From Clostridium sp. (GTDB lineage Bacteria; Bacillota; Clostridia; TANB77; CAG-508): a stretch of 64,000 nucleotides of DNA. The stretch lies in the NCBI GenBank assembly GCA_052174015.1, contig JBQMXM010000001.1, positions 27,962 to 91,961 on the forward strand, written 5' to 3'. Below the pieces are notes generated by a model. That model did no database searches, had not been told where the DNA came from, and was given only the letters and a program-made list of their open reading frames with translations. Positions 48,266-59,118 of this stretch are shown here, one piece after another. How positions within the stretch are numbered: position 1 is the stretch's first letter; each line of letters opens with the position of its first letter. Made by a program: the position numbers and the translations under genes.

Positions 48266-49927
48266 TTATTTAATATATTGTGATATTAATTGTATCATTG
48301 TATTTTCTTCTGTTTTTTGTAAATATACTTTATCTATATCTATACATTTTTTTAACATAGATATTATTAATTTATCTTTTGGAAACTTAGACATATCTAA
48401 TTTAAGTATATATATTAATACATTATTATCCTGTTGTTTTTTTATTGTATTAATTTCATTATTAGATAGAATATATCTATTTATTTCTTCATCATTTATT
48501 GTAACTATATATCTATTTACATTATTTATATTATCTCTATCTTTTACTGCATCTTCTAATGCATCTTTTAATTTTTCTATATATTCTGTATATGAAATAA
48601 TTTTAAGTTTTTCTTTTATAATTTTCAATCTTTCTTGATTTTTAATAACTTTATCCAAAATTGATTGTAATATAGATATATCTTGCTTATTTAAAACTTT
48701 ACATTTATTTAATTTAAAATACCAATTATACCTAGATATATATGTATTTGCATTCAAATTATTATCTTTTTCCATTATATTCTTTTTAGTATTTCCTTTT
48801 ATATTAGAACAATATTTAATATATTCAAATATATTTTTAAAATTACTATTAATACTTCCTATCCCTAACATTGTATAATATGATGTTCCTTCAATATTTT
48901 GAGAATCTAATTCATAAATATCCCAATCCTCATCAATAATCTTATTATTAGCATCTCGTTTAGTAAATTGAAGTTTTTGAATTATTTCAGTTGTATCAAA
49001 AATATAGTAATTTTCTTCAATTTTAAATAAATTCCATGCATGCCCCATATTATTTAAGTCTTTGATTCTTCCAATTACAATTGCACTTTCAAGATTAAAT
49101 ATATTAGATAACAACTCTATACTTTGACTCATTGTTATACATACACCTATATTTTGTAATATTCCCTCTAAATGTGAAGATAAATAATATACATCTTTAA
49201 ATTCAGGCAAATATTTAAGTAAATTGTCTTTAGATACTTTTTCATACATTATATTTTTTCTTACTTCTGAATATATATGATATATTAAGTTTAAAAGTTT
49301 TTCAGTATTATTATTAAACATTTTTTGTTTTTTTAATATATTTCCACTTAAATTTTGCTCTTTATATGCATCAGAATATTTTAAAATATATTTATCACTA
49401 AAATAGTGATTAATATTTTCTTTAATTACATTATTTATTTCATCAATATCTTTTATATTTATATTATTAATATCTACTTTTTTAATATCTTTTTCTTCAT
49501 ATAGTGCCTTGTTTAATACTTGAATGGCTATAATATATATTTCTTCTAAAACTTCTAAAAATTTATTAATATTAATTCCCTTGCTATAATTTCTTTTAGT
49601 TATTTGCTCTATATATCCAATATTACCTATGATAATATCTATATCAAAATATATATCATCTACTCTTTTTTTATTAACTCTAGCTAATTCTGATTTTAAA
49701 TTTGTTATCTTTTCTATCACAGCATTACTTATATATTTAATATTATCTATTACAATCTTAATTGTTAAAGTATTATGTTTTTGCGTTTCTATATACTTAT
49801 TTAAATATTCTTCATATTGTATATATTCTATAAAACTTTTAGGATTATTTTTTAACCTATCTATTATATTATCTATTTGCTCTACTGTATTTATATGCAC
49901 AAATTCTTTTATATACACTTTATCCAT
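48266..49927 (-). CDS. Transglutaminase-like (Cys-His-Asp) domain protein, 553 aa
   Basis: Segment GVCITMSQSIELLSNIF...AIVIGRI...MGHAWNLFKIEENYYIFDTTE matches the transglutaminase-like cysteine protease core (C...HxW...D). Start moved to the ATG at 49927 (AGGGGT RBS). Confidence 0.5.
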   Translation of the reverse strand: MDKVYIKEFVHINTVEQIDNIIDRLKNNPKSFIEYIQYEEYLNKYIETQKHNTLTIKIVIDNIKYISNAVIEKITNLKSELARVNKKRVDDIYFDIDIIIGNIGYIEQITKRNYSKGININKFLEVLEEIYIIAIQVLNKALYEEKDIKKVDINNINIKDIDEINNVIKENINHYFSDKYILKYSDAYKEQNLSGNILKKQKMFNNNTEKLLNLIYHIYSEVRKNIMYEKVSKDNLLKYLPEFKDVYYLSSHLEGILQNIGVCITMSQSIELLSNIFNLESAIVIGRIKDLNNMGHAWNLFKIEENYYIFDTTEIIQKLQFTKRDANNKIIDEDWDIYELDSQNIEGTSYYTMLGIGSINSNFKNIFEYIKYCSNIKGNTKKNIMEKDNNLNANTYISRYNWYFKLNKCKVLNKQDISILQSILDKVIKNQERLKIIKEKLKIISYTEYIEKLKDALEDAVKDRDNINNVNRYIVTINDEEINRYILSNNEINTIKKQQDNNVLIYILKLDMSKFPKDKLIISMLKKCIDIDKVYLQKTEENTMIQLISQYIK

Positions 49928-50103
49928 ATTTACCCCTATATACATATTATATATTATTAAAATAAAAGTTAAAAGAGGTTAAAATATTAACCCCTTTTAG
50001 AATTTGTATATAGAATTTACAATAAATAATATTTTTACTTATTTTAATTCATTAGTTTTTTTAGTTATATATATGTTATTTTTTGTTAAGTTTTACTAAT
50101 AGA

Positions 50104-50601
50104 TTAATAACTCATTCCCCATTTATTCCTTTTACAAGGAGACCAATCATCTTCATATGAATAAGGAATAGTTGCACAATTATCTTTTACATATTTTATT
50201 GATTTTTGTGCTTGTCTAATTGTTTTAACTATAAACTCTTTATCGTTATATTCGCTTTGCTTATATTTTTTTATATTTCTTCTAACTATCTCACGCTTAT
50301 ACATGACTAATTCTATAGCATCTTCTCTCTTTATTTTTTGATCTTTCTTTTTTTCCCTGTTTCTAGGTTTCCAGTTATCTTCATAAGAAAATTCAATCTT
50401 ACAATGTGTTTGCCTTTTAACACTTCTTATTCCACTTTGTAATATTTTTATTTTTTTAGCAACTTCTTCTTTTTCATTGCCTTTGCAAAACTTGTATTTC
50501 CTTATATTTTTCCGAATAATTTCCCTTCTGACATTAATCATTTCAATAGCTTGATTATAGTCTATCCACTTATTAGTATTATTTCTCATTAAATTTCTCA
50601 T
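50104..50601 (-). CDS. Hypothetical basic protein made of two tandem ~75-aa repeats, each ending in SYED(N/D)W
   Basis: The two repeats share AIE(M/L)(I/V)xxRREI(I/V)R(K/R)NI(R/K)KYK...(F/Y)SYED(N/D)W. A paralogous single-repeat gene lies 260 nt upstream. Confidence 0.45.
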   Translation of the reverse strand: MRNLMRNNTNKWIDYNQAIEMINVRREIIRKNIRKYKFCKGNEKEEVAKKIKILQSGIRSVKRQTHCKIEFSYEDNWKPRNREKKKDQKIKREDAIELVMYKREIVRRNIKKYKQSEYNDKEFIVKTIRQAQKSIKYVKDNCATIPYSYEDDWSPCKRNKWGMSY

Positions 50602-50864
50602 TAAACTTCAACTCCTTTTAAGTAACATATATATTAATACTAACTAATTATATTTTAACATATATATAAATATATTCAATTAAAATATAGATTTTTTATG
50701 TTTTTTTATGTTTTTTTATAATATTTTATACAATTTTTTCAATTTTTAACTATTAGTATATGCAAAAGAGGCTAAAAATTAGCCTCTTTTTTAATACATA
50801 AGCAAATAATATATTTACTTACTTTACTATATTTAGTCAACTTACTTAGTTTGTTATTACTAAA

Positions 50865-51062
50865 CTAGATGTCCCAATCGTCTTCATATGAAGATATTGG
50901 GTTTTCTAAATACTTTTTTAACCCTGATATTTCTTTTTGCAAGTTTTTTATTTCTTGCAACTTTTTGTCTTTTTCTTTTTTATCTTGGAGAGTATTATAC
51001 TCCAAAATCAATTTTTTGATTTTACCTCTGCGATTCTTTATTGCAGCAATTATGTTTTTCAT
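50865..51062 (-). CDS. Small basic helical protein ending in SSYEDDWDI (single-repeat paralog of 50104..50601)
   Basis: 65 aa. AIKNRRGKIKKLI...ISGLKKYLENPISSYEDDW aligns with the repeat unit of the neighbouring gene. Followed by a hairpin + T-run terminator at 50763-50795. Confidence 0.4.
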   Translation of the reverse strand: MKNIIAAIKNRRGKIKKLILEYNTLQDKKEKDKKLQEIKNLQKEISGLKKYLENPISSYEDDWDI

Positions 51063-51234
51063 AACAACTCCCCTCCTTAAATCAATAACAAAACTAACTT
51101 AAGTATAACCTAAATATATTTTAACACATATCTCAATATTTTCAAATTAAATATTATTTTTTTAACACAAATTAATAAATTAATGTAATAAAATTATCCA
51201 CATAATATATATTATATGTGGATAATTATTGTAT

Positions 51235-52821
51235 TTATTTATCTAAATCAATTATAATATCAGCACTCAGCACCTTATTATATTTTCTGTTATGTGAAAT
51301 ACTAATTATCGTCCCCTTATATGACTTAATTAAATCATATATTATTGTTATTGCTTGTATATCTAAGTGATTTGTAGGTTCATCTAAAATTAAAATATTA
51401 GTATTATTTAATGCAAATTTTGCTAAATTTACTCTTGTTCTTTGTCCTGCAGATAAATCATTATATTTTTTATCTTTATCTAAATATGATATATTGAACT
51501 TTTTTAGTATTGTAAATATTAAAGTATCATCTACCTTTGTATTGGAATTATTTTTTAAAATATCTTTAGTTAAATATTCATAAATACTAATATTATTAGT
51601 TTTATCAATATTTAATAATGTTTCTTGTGATATATATCCAAATTTACATGCACTACCTATATCTATACTTCCTTCTATTGGAGATATTTGTTTTAATATA
51701 GTTTTAATAAGTGTTGTCTTTCCACTTCCATTTCTTCCAACTATATTAACACGACTTCCAAATGGTATATTAAAATTTAATTTTTTTGTTTTAAAGTTAT
51801 CATACCCACAAACTAAATTATTAATTATTATATCCTTATTACCTTTTACATCATCAAAATTAAAAAAGTAGTCTATACCTTTATTATACTCAAATTCAGG
51901 TATAATAATTTCATCTAATTTTTTATTAATTTTAGATATATTACTATTATTAGTTTTTTCTTTAGCAAAATTATTAGCTATTTTATCATTATCTTTAAAA
52001 CTTTTTTTACTATTTCCACTATTTGCCCAAACTTTAGATTTTTGTAATTGTTGTTTTAGGTTATTTTTCTCTTCAATCGCTTTTTCATATTCTTTCATCT
52101 CTCTATTATATGAGATTTCTTTAATATTTAGATAGTCTCTGTATTTGCAATTAAATTCTTCTATTTTCCCATTTTCTAATTCAATAACCTTATTTACTAT
52201 ATTTTCTAAAAATTCTTCATCATGTGATACTATAATTAAAGTTTTTTTAATATTTTTTAAAAATTCTTCTAAATATTCTAATGTCTCTAAATCAATATTA
52301 TTAGTAGGTTCATCTAATAGTAAAATATCAAATTCTGCAATATGTAAATTGACTAATAACACCTTTATTTTTTCTCCACCTGATAATTCTTTAATTTTAG
52401 TATCAATACCTTTATTTAGTTTCAGTTTATTCATATATTTTATAACATTTGCTTCAAAATTATATCCATCTAATGCAAGATATTTTTCTAATGCTTCTGT
52501 ATATTTTGATAAATCTTTAATTTCTGATTCTTCTAAGATTTCTTCATATTTATCAATCATATTTATGTGTTTTAAATATTGTATAATACTATACTCATTA
52601 TATTTTATAGGTATTTCTTGTTCTAAAAAATGAATTATTTCATTTCCTAATATACTACCACTAAAATCTTTGATTTTACCATTAATTATTTTCAATAATG
52701 TAGTTTTGCCACTTCCATTTTTACCAATAAGTCCTATCTTATCTCCATTATTAATAGTAAAACTAATATCATTTAGAATATCTTTTCCACCTATAGTATA
52801 TTTGATATTATTTAATATCAT
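51235..52821 (-). CDS. ABC-F family ATPase (two tandem ABC domains, no TMD)
   Basis: Walker A GKNGSGKTT and GRNGSGKTT, signatures LSGGEKIKV and LSAGQRTRV, Walker B ILLLDEPTN in both halves. Start moved to the ATG at 52821 (AAGGGGAG RBS); the ORF-track start at 52854 is a GTG. Confidence 0.85.
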   Translation of the reverse strand: MILNNIKYTIGGKDILNDISFTINNGDKIGLIGKNGSGKTTLLKIINGKIKDFSGSILGNEIIHFLEQEIPIKYNEYSIIQYLKHINMIDKYEEILEESEIKDLSKYTEALEKYLALDGYNFEANVIKYMNKLKLNKGIDTKIKELSGGEKIKVLLVNLHIAEFDILLLDEPTNNIDLETLEYLEEFLKNIKKTLIIVSHDEEFLENIVNKVIELENGKIEEFNCKYRDYLNIKEISYNREMKEYEKAIEEKNNLKQQLQKSKVWANSGNSKKSFKDNDKIANNFAKEKTNNSNISKINKKLDEIIIPEFEYNKGIDYFFNFDDVKGNKDIIINNLVCGYDNFKTKKLNFNIPFGSRVNIVGRNGSGKTTLIKTILKQISPIEGSIDIGSACKFGYISQETLLNIDKTNNISIYEYLTKDILKNNSNTKVDDTLIFTILKKFNISYLDKDKKYNDLSAGQRTRVNLAKFALNNTNILILDEPTNHLDIQAITIIYDLIKSYKGTIISISHNRKYNKVLSADIIIDLDK

Positions 52822-52916
52822 AAATATCACTCCCCTTATATTTAATTTAATCACTTTTAATAAATTATATATATTAAATAAAGCAAACTAAATAATTAGT
52901 TTGCTAATATCACATA

Positions 52917-54314
52917 TTAAAATTCACAATTTTTTGGTGTTCTTGGGAATAATAATACATCACGGATATTTTGCATACCTGTTAAATACATTATTAATCT
53001 TTCAAATCCTAAACCAAATCCTGAATGTTCTACACTTCCATATCTTCTTAAATCTAAATACCATTGATAGTTATCTAAATCTAATCCTAAGCTTTTCATT
53101 TTATTTTCTAACACTTCAAGTCTTTCTTCTCTTTGACTACCACCAATTAATTCTCCAATTCCTGGTACTAATAGGTCTGTTGCTGCAACAGTCTTATTAT
53201 CTTCGTTTTCTCTCATATAGAATGCTTTAATTGCTGATGGATAATCTGTTAAAAATACTGGCATCTTGTATTCTACTTCAGCTAAATATCTTTCGTGTTC
53301 TGTTTCTAAATCCATTCCCCATTCTACTTCTGTTTCAAATTTGTGTTTTGAATTTTTTAATACTTCTATTGCTTCTGTATATGTTAATCTTTTAAAACTA
53401 TTTTTTAGTGTATTTTCTAATTTTTCTATTAATCCTGGTTGAATAAATTTATTTAAAAACACTAATTCTTCTTTTGCATTTTCAAGTATATATTTTGTAA
53501 TATATTTTAACATATCTTCTGCTATATCCATTAATCCTACTAAGTCAACAAACGAAACTTCTGGTTCTATCATCCAAAATTCTGCTGCATGTCTTGTTGT
53601 ATTAGAATTTTCTGCTCTAAATGTTGGTCCAAATGTATATATTTTTCCTAATGCTAGTGCCATTGCTTCTCCATTTAATTGTCCACTAACTGAAAGATAT
53701 GCATCTTTTCCAAAAAAGTCTTTTTTGTTATCTACTTTTCCATCTTCTGTTAATGGTAATTTATTATTGTCTAATGTAGTTACTCTAAACATTTCTCCTG
53801 CACCTTCTGCATCACTTGAAGTTATAATTGGTGTATGCACATATGAATATCCATTTTTTGAAAAATATTCATGTATTGCAATTGCCGCTAAACTTCTTAT
53901 CTTATACACTGCTCTAAATGTATTTGTTCTTGGTCTTAAATGTGCTATTGTTCTTAAAAATTCAAATGAATGTCTTTTATTCTGTAATGGGTATTTTTCA
54001 TCACATGCATATTCTATATTTATTTCTTCTGCTATTATTTCTACATCTTGTTGTGATTTTTCTGATTTTTGTACTTTTCCTTTTACAAATATTGATGAAT
54101 ACACAGTAAGTTTTTTTGCTTCTTCAAAATCCTTATTATCTTCTGTAATTACTATTTGTATAGGATTAAAGTTTGTTCCATCTGTTAATTCTATAAAACC
54201 TATATGATTATTAAATCTCTTATTTCTTACCCATCCTCTTATTTGTATATCTTGATCTAAATATTTTGCTTTGTTTTCTAATATTTCTTGTATTTCTATT
54301 CTTTTAAATTTCAT
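52917..54314 (-). CDS. asnS: Asparaginyl-tRNA synthetase
   Basis: N-terminal anticodon-binding OB domain and class II motifs (FRAE..., [17 protein letters not shown]); 465 aa, typical of AsnS. Confidence 0.9.
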   Translation of the reverse strand: MKFKRIEIQEILENKAKYLDQDIQIRGWVRNKRFNNHIGFIELTDGTNFNPIQIVITEDNKDFEEAKKLTVYSSIFVKGKVQKSEKSQQDVEIIAEEINIEYACDEKYPLQNKRHSFEFLRTIAHLRPRTNTFRAVYKIRSLAAIAIHEYFSKNGYSYVHTPIITSSDAEGAGEMFRVTTLDNNKLPLTEDGKVDNKKDFFGKDAYLSVSGQLNGEAMALALGKIYTFGPTFRAENSNTTRHAAEFWMIEPEVSFVDLVGLMDIAEDMLKYITKYILENAKEELVFLNKFIQPGLIEKLENTLKNSFKRLTYTEAIEVLKNSKHKFETEVEWGMDLETEHERYLAEVEYKMPVFLTDYPSAIKAFYMRENEDNKTVAATDLLVPGIGELIGGSQREERLEVLENKMKSLGLDLDNYQWYLDLRRYGSVEHSGFGLGFERLIMYLTGMQNIRDVLLFPRTPKNCEF

Positions 54315-54344
54315 TTTTTTCTCCTTATACCAATTTTTGACATA

Positions 54345-55334
54345 TTATTTAAGTAATTCTAATACTTCTAATAGACTTTTTTTATCAACTATTTTAGATA
54401 CATTCATTCTAACAATTTTTCCATTTGGTATTTTTTGAGTATACCAAATTACATGTTTCCTAATATCCTTATATGCTTGACTTCCTTTTTGTTCTTCTAA
54501 TATTTCAAGATGTTTTAATATTAAGGAAATTAATTCATCTATAGATATTTTGGATATATTATATACTTCTTTTAATAATTCTTCATCTTTATCATTTATT
54601 TCTAATCCATCTACAATTTCTTTTATTAAATATGGCTTCCCTAAAGATGCTCTTGCAATTGATATACCATCTGCTTTAGTATATTCTAAAACTTCTTTAG
54701 CTTTATCTAAACTATCTATATCTCCATTTACAATAACAGGTATATCTACTTCTGATTTTACCTTTTTAATAATATCATATGTAGCTTCTCCTTTAAAAAA
54801 TTGAGACCTTGTTCTTCCATGTATTGTAATTGCTTTTATTCCATTTCTTTCTGCAATATGTGCTAATTCTATACAATTAATATTATTTGTATCCCAACCT
54901 AATCTCATTTTTAAGGTTACAGGTACAGAAGAATTTTGAACTACTGCTTTAATAATTGATTCTGCTTTTATTAAATCTTTCATAAGCTCACTTCCACCAC
55001 CAGATTTTACTACTTTTGGTGCTGGACATCCCATATTAATATCTAATATATCACAATGTTTAGAAAGATATTTCGCTGCATATGCAACATATTTTTCATC
55101 ATCTCCAAATAACTGATATCCTATTGGAGATTCGTTTTCATATGTCTTTAGCATATTTATTGTTTTAGAATCATTATAGTAGATTGCTCTTGCATTTACC
55201 ATTTCTGTAAATATTAATCCTGGTTTTGCTATATCATTTAATACTTTTCTAAAACCAGCATCTGATATACCTGCCATAGGTGCAATTATTACATTATTTT
55301 TTAAGATTACATCCCCTATTTTTAATTTACTCAT
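54345..55334 (-). CDS. dusB: tRNA-dihydrouridine synthase
   Basis: N-terminus IIAPMAGISDAGFRKV, a TIM-barrel FMN-binding pattern and a conserved Cys (NMGCP). Confidence 0.88.
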   Translation of the reverse strand: MSKLKIGDVILKNNVIIAPMAGISDAGFRKVLNDIAKPGLIFTEMVNARAIYYNDSKTINMLKTYENESPIGYQLFGDDEKYVAYAAKYLSKHCDILDINMGCPAPKVVKSGGGSELMKDLIKAESIIKAVVQNSSVPVTLKMRLGWDTNNINCIELAHIAERNGIKAITIHGRTRSQFFKGEATYDIIKKVKSEVDIPVIVNGDIDSLDKAKEVLEYTKADGISIARASLGKPYLIKEIVDGLEINDKDEELLKEVYNISKISIDELISLILKHLEILEEQKGSQAYKDIRKHVIWYTQKIPNGKIVRMNVSKIVDKKSLLEVLELLK

Positions 55335-56464
55335 TGTTTTCTTCTTTCCATATCTACAAATATCGCTTTTTGCCTTCTTGCACTAATATTTAATAATAAT
55401 CCAATTGCAATAAAATTTGTTACAAGTGCACTACCACCATAACTTACAAATGGTAATGGTACTCCTGTGATTGGTAATAGTCCCATTGTCATCCCTATAT
55501 TTTGAATCATGTGAAAAAAGAATACTCCACTTATTCCTGCTGCTATATATGCTCCTGCATTATCTTTAGCTGTTTTTGATATTTTAATTGCTTTTGTTAT
55601 TAATAATACATATACCACAATAATTGTTCCTGAGACTATAAACCCTAATTCTTCAGCTATTAAAGCATATATAAAGTCTGTTGTTATTGGATATAAATAT
55701 CCAAGTTGTGTTTGTGTTCCTTTAAGTAATCCCATTCCAAAAACATATCCAGACCCTACTGCTAATTTAGATTGAATTATATTATATCCTGCTCCTCTTG
55801 GATCTATATTTGGATTTAAAAATACATTAATTCTTTGAATTGAGTGTGGAGCATAATGTGGTAATATATATATATACATCAGATACATTAATATTGGTGT
55901 TATTATTAATGCTGAAATTATATATCTTTTTTTTATTCCAGCTACAAATAGTATAAATATATATGCAATTAAATATGCTGCAGCTGTTCCATAATCTGGT
56001 TGTTTTAATATTAAAAGTATTGGTAGCATCATAACTAATAATACCAAAAATAGTTTGTGTAACTTGTTTAATTCATTTTTGCCCTTATACTGCATTCTAA
56101 CTATAAATTGTGATACTGCTGTTATTATAAATATTTTACCTATTTCTGATGGTTGAATTTTAATACTACCTAAATCAAACCAACTTGAAGCTCCATTTAC
56201 AGGAGCTGTTTTAAGTACCAATATTAATAATACACATATTAATATATAATATAGAAATGAATACTTTATAATTTTTAAATAATCTATACTTGCTACACTA
56301 ATTAAAAATGGTATTGATATAATAAACCATTTTATTTGTTTGTTAAATTCTTCAAAATCACTATTTTTACTTGCAGAATACAATGCTACAAGACCACAAC
56401 AAAAAAGTATAAGACTATATATTAATACAGACCATTCAATATTTTTAAATATCTTTTTGTTCAT
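55331..56464 (-). CDS. rodA: SEDS family peptidoglycan polymerase RodA (FtsW/RodA family)
   Basis: About 10 TM helices and C-terminal LPFVSYGGSALV, downstream of minDE. Start set at the ATG at 56464; the longer ORF begins at a TTG inside minE. Confidence 0.8.
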   Translation of the reverse strand: MNKKIFKNIEWSVLIYSLILFCCGLVALYSASKNSDFEEFNKQIKWFIISIPFLISVASIDYLKIIKYSFLYYILICVLLILVLKTAPVNGASSWFDLGSIKIQPSEIGKIFIITAVSQFIVRMQYKGKNELNKLHKLFLVLLVMMLPILLILKQPDYGTAAAYLIAYIFILFVAGIKKRYIISALIITPILMYLMYIYILPHYAPHSIQRINVFLNPNIDPRGAGYNIIQSKLAVGSGYVFGMGLLKGTQTQLGYLYPITTDFIYALIAEELGFIVSGTIIVVYVLLITKAIKISKTAKDNAGAYIAAGISGVFFFHMIQNIGMTMGLLPITGVPLPFVSYGGSALVTNFIAIGLLLNISARRQKAIFVDMERRKQ

Positions 56465-57104
56465 CTGCTTTAACCTTTTTTGATTTTGAAATAGGTATTT
56501 CAATATCTAAAGCTATATTTTCTGTTTCTATCACATTTTCTTCTGGTACTGTTTCTTGTTCTTTTTCTTTTGTTTTTTCTAATATATATTCTTTTTCTTC
56601 TGCTATTTCTTCTTTTACATTTTCAATAAGTTCTGTTATTTCACCTATTGGTAAATCTATTCCTTTAATATCTTCATTATCTACAAAAGGATTTTCTGTA
56701 AGTATTGCTTCTTCTTTCTTATTTAATAATTCTTGTTCTTTTTTTGCTTCTTCTGTTGTTTTACATTGTGCTTTCATTTCATTCCTTATATTAATTATAG
56801 GGATTTTAATAAATAAACCTGTTTCTGTTTTATCCCCATCAGTAGAAATTGAATTTGTCATATCTACATGTATTGTTTTTTCATCAATCACAACATATTT
56901 AGAAGCAACATCTATAATTTCTTGTTTCATAAGTTCAATGAAATCGGCAGATACACTTGCTCTATCTTGAACAAGTAATATATGCAAACGTTGTTTGGCT
57001 AATTTTTTTGACGATTCTTCTGATTTATCTTCTGTATTTGGATTTAATTTTGTAATATTTTTTGCATATATTTTTTTGAAAAAATCATTTATTGATTTAA
57101 ACAT
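56445..57104 (-). CDS. minE: Cell division topological specificity factor MinE with a ~120-aa acidic C-terminal extension
   Basis: N-terminal ~95 aa (FFKK...AKQRLHILLVQDR...IELMKQEIIDVASKYVVIDEKTIHVDM) is colinear with MinE. The rest is Glu/Lys-rich with no counterpart in typical 90-aa MinE. Confidence 0.7.
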   Translation of the reverse strand: MFKSINDFFKKIYAKNITKLNPNTEDKSEESSKKLAKQRLHILLVQDRASVSADFIELMKQEIIDVASKYVVIDEKTIHVDMTNSISTDGDKTETGLFIKIPIINIRNEMKAQCKTTEEAKKEQELLNKKEEAILTENPFVDNEDIKGIDLPIGEITELIENVKEEIAEEKEYILEKTKEKEQETVPEENVIETENIALDIEIPISKSKKVKADEQKDI

Positions 57105-57119
57105 TTGTACCTCCTATTA

Positions 57120-57911
57120 TTATTTTTTAAATATACTAGCTATTTTTCTAAATATACCTTTTTTAGTTGTAGGTATAGTTATTTCTATGTTTTCTCCTAA
57201 CAATCTCCTTGAAATTTCTATATACGCTTTACCTGATGGAGATTTTCTGTTAGAAATAACTGGCTCTCCCTTATTTGTGTGCATGATTATATATTCATCA
57301 TCTGGAACAACTCCTATTAAATCAATTGATAATAGGTCTACAATGTCTTCTACATCCATCATTTCACCTTTTTTTACCATTTCAGGTCTAAGCCTATTAA
57401 TAACTAATTCAGGATTTTTAATACCTGCAACTTCAACTAAAGCTATAATTCTGTCTGCATCTCTAATTGCTGAAATTTCTGCTGTTGTTACTACAATTGC
57501 TCTACTTGCTCCAACTACTGCATTTTTAAATCCTTGTTCTATTCCTGCTGGACAATCTATTAATACATAATCAAATTCTTCTTTCAACTTATTAGTTAAT
57601 TCTATCATTTGTTCTTCTGTAATTGCTGATTTATCTCTTGTTTGAGCAGCTGGAAGTAAAAATAATTCTTTAAATCTTTTATCTTTAATTAAAGCTTGTC
57701 TTAATTTACATTTTCCTTCTACTACATCAACAATATCATATACAATTCTATTCTCTAGTCCCATAACTACATCTAAATTACGCAGCCCTATATCTGTATC
57801 TACTAAAACTACTTTTTTACCTGATACTGCTAAGGCCGACCCTAGATTTGCTGTAGTTGTAGTTTTACCTACTCCACCTTTTCCTGATGTAATTACTATA
57901 ACTTCTCCCAT
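57120..57911 (-). CDS. minD: Septum site-determining protein MinD
   Basis: Deviant Walker A SGKGGVGKTT and the overall ParA/MinD fold sequence; 263 aa. Confidence 0.93.
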   Translation of the reverse strand: MGEVIVITSGKGGVGKTTTTANLGSALAVSGKKVVLVDTDIGLRNLDVVMGLENRIVYDIVDVVEGKCKLRQALIKDKRFKELFLLPAAQTRDKSAITEEQMIELTNKLKEEFDYVLIDCPAGIEQGFKNAVVGASRAIVVTTAEISAIRDADRIIALVEVAGIKNPELVINRLRPEMVKKGEMMDVEDIVDLLSIDLIGVVPDDEYIIMHTNKGEPVISNRKSPSGKAYIEISRRLLGENIEITIPTTKKGIFRKIASIFKK

Positions 57912-58071
57912 TTATTCCTCCGTTTGAGTATTTAAAAGTTAATCTAAACACTCTAAAATGATTATTAAAAATAAGTATATTCTTATTTCTTCATTATTAT
58001 ATCACAGTTTAAAAATATGTTAAAGTACTTTATATATGAAATGTTAGATTTATCAACAATATATCAAGTAA

Positions 58072-58812
58072 TTATTTAACAATTATATAATATTTAATCT
58101 TAGAATATTTAGCTTCACCTATTCCTTTAACCTCTTTAATTTCTTCAATACTATTAAATTTACCATGTTCTTTCCTATATTCTATTATCTTATCTGCCAT
58201 TTGTTCTCCAATTCCATTTATCTTTATTAAATCTTCTTTACTCCCCTTATTAATATCCACTTTCTTTTTTATACTACTATTTTTATTTCCACTTTGAGCA
58301 TTACTTTTAGTATTATTTCCATAACTAATATTCCTATTTGCACTAGAAACATTTGTATTTGCACCTTTGTCTTCTTCAGATATTTGATTATTAAACATAT
58401 CCACATCATCTTTACCTTCTTTATCATCTACTGATGGAATATATATTTTTTCTCCATCAGCTACTTTTAAAGCAAAGTTTATTAATTTAATATTAGCTTT
58501 TTCTGTAAGTCCTCCTGCTTTATCTATTACTTCTTTTAATCTTGCTCCTTCAACAACTTCATACAAACCTGGTTTTTTTATCATACCATCTAAATGTACA
58601 TAAATATTCTTACTATCTACTTCTTCTTTTTCTTGTTTTTGCATCATTGCTACATCTATATTTTCTTCTACATTTTTCATATTTTTTGTAAAATAACTAT
58701 ATATTCCAAATATTAATATAAATAAAAGAATTCCACCTATTATTAAATATTCTTTATCTATCTTTTTCAACTTTAAAAATATATTATGTATAGTTCTTTT
58801 TATTTTATACAT
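58072..58812 (-). CDS. comEA: Competence protein ComEA-like DNA receptor (TM + SLBB + helix-hairpin-helix)
   Basis: N-terminal TM helix, SLBB-like IYVHLDGMIKKPGLYEVVEGARLKEVIDKAGG, C-terminal HhH INGIGEQMADKII...VKGIGEAKYSKI. Confidence 0.8.
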   Translation of the reverse strand: MYKIKRTIHNIFLKLKKIDKEYLIIGGILLFILIFGIYSYFTKNMKNVEENIDVAMMQKQEKEEVDSKNIYVHLDGMIKKPGLYEVVEGARLKEVIDKAGGLTEKANIKLINFALKVADGEKIYIPSVDDKEGKDDVDMFNNQISEEDKGANTNVSSANRNISYGNNTKSNAQSGNKNSSIKKKVDINKGSKEDLIKINGIGEQMADKIIEYRKEHGKFNSIEEIKEVKGIGEAKYSKIKYYIIVK

Positions 58813-59033
58813 ATCTACCTCCTTATTAAATATACTATCATCTAAATTATCTTAACTCATAACTAATAACCCATAACTAAAATTTATAATTCATAACATT
58901 AATTCAAAACATTATAATCTCTTATTATATATGTATTTGTAATATTTTATCTTTTGTATAAAATTAATAATTGATATTAAACATAATAAAATAATAATCA
59001 ATAAGTAATAAAAAATAAGAAAACAAAATTAAA

Positions 59034-59103
59034 GTAAAGAATAGAATAGAATTAAATTAAATTAAATTAAATTAAAGTATATTATATTGTATTATATTGT
59101 ATG
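59034..59103. repeat. AT-rich tandem repeats ((ATTAA)n and a tattatattgta duplication) containing gaatagaatagaat-taaattaaattaaa, which is shared with 7535-7600
   Basis: gtaaagaatagaatagaattaaattaaattaaattaaattaaagtatattatattgtattatattgtatg read directly in the sequence. Confidence 0.7.
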
Positions 59104-59118
59104 AAAATTAAATAATAA

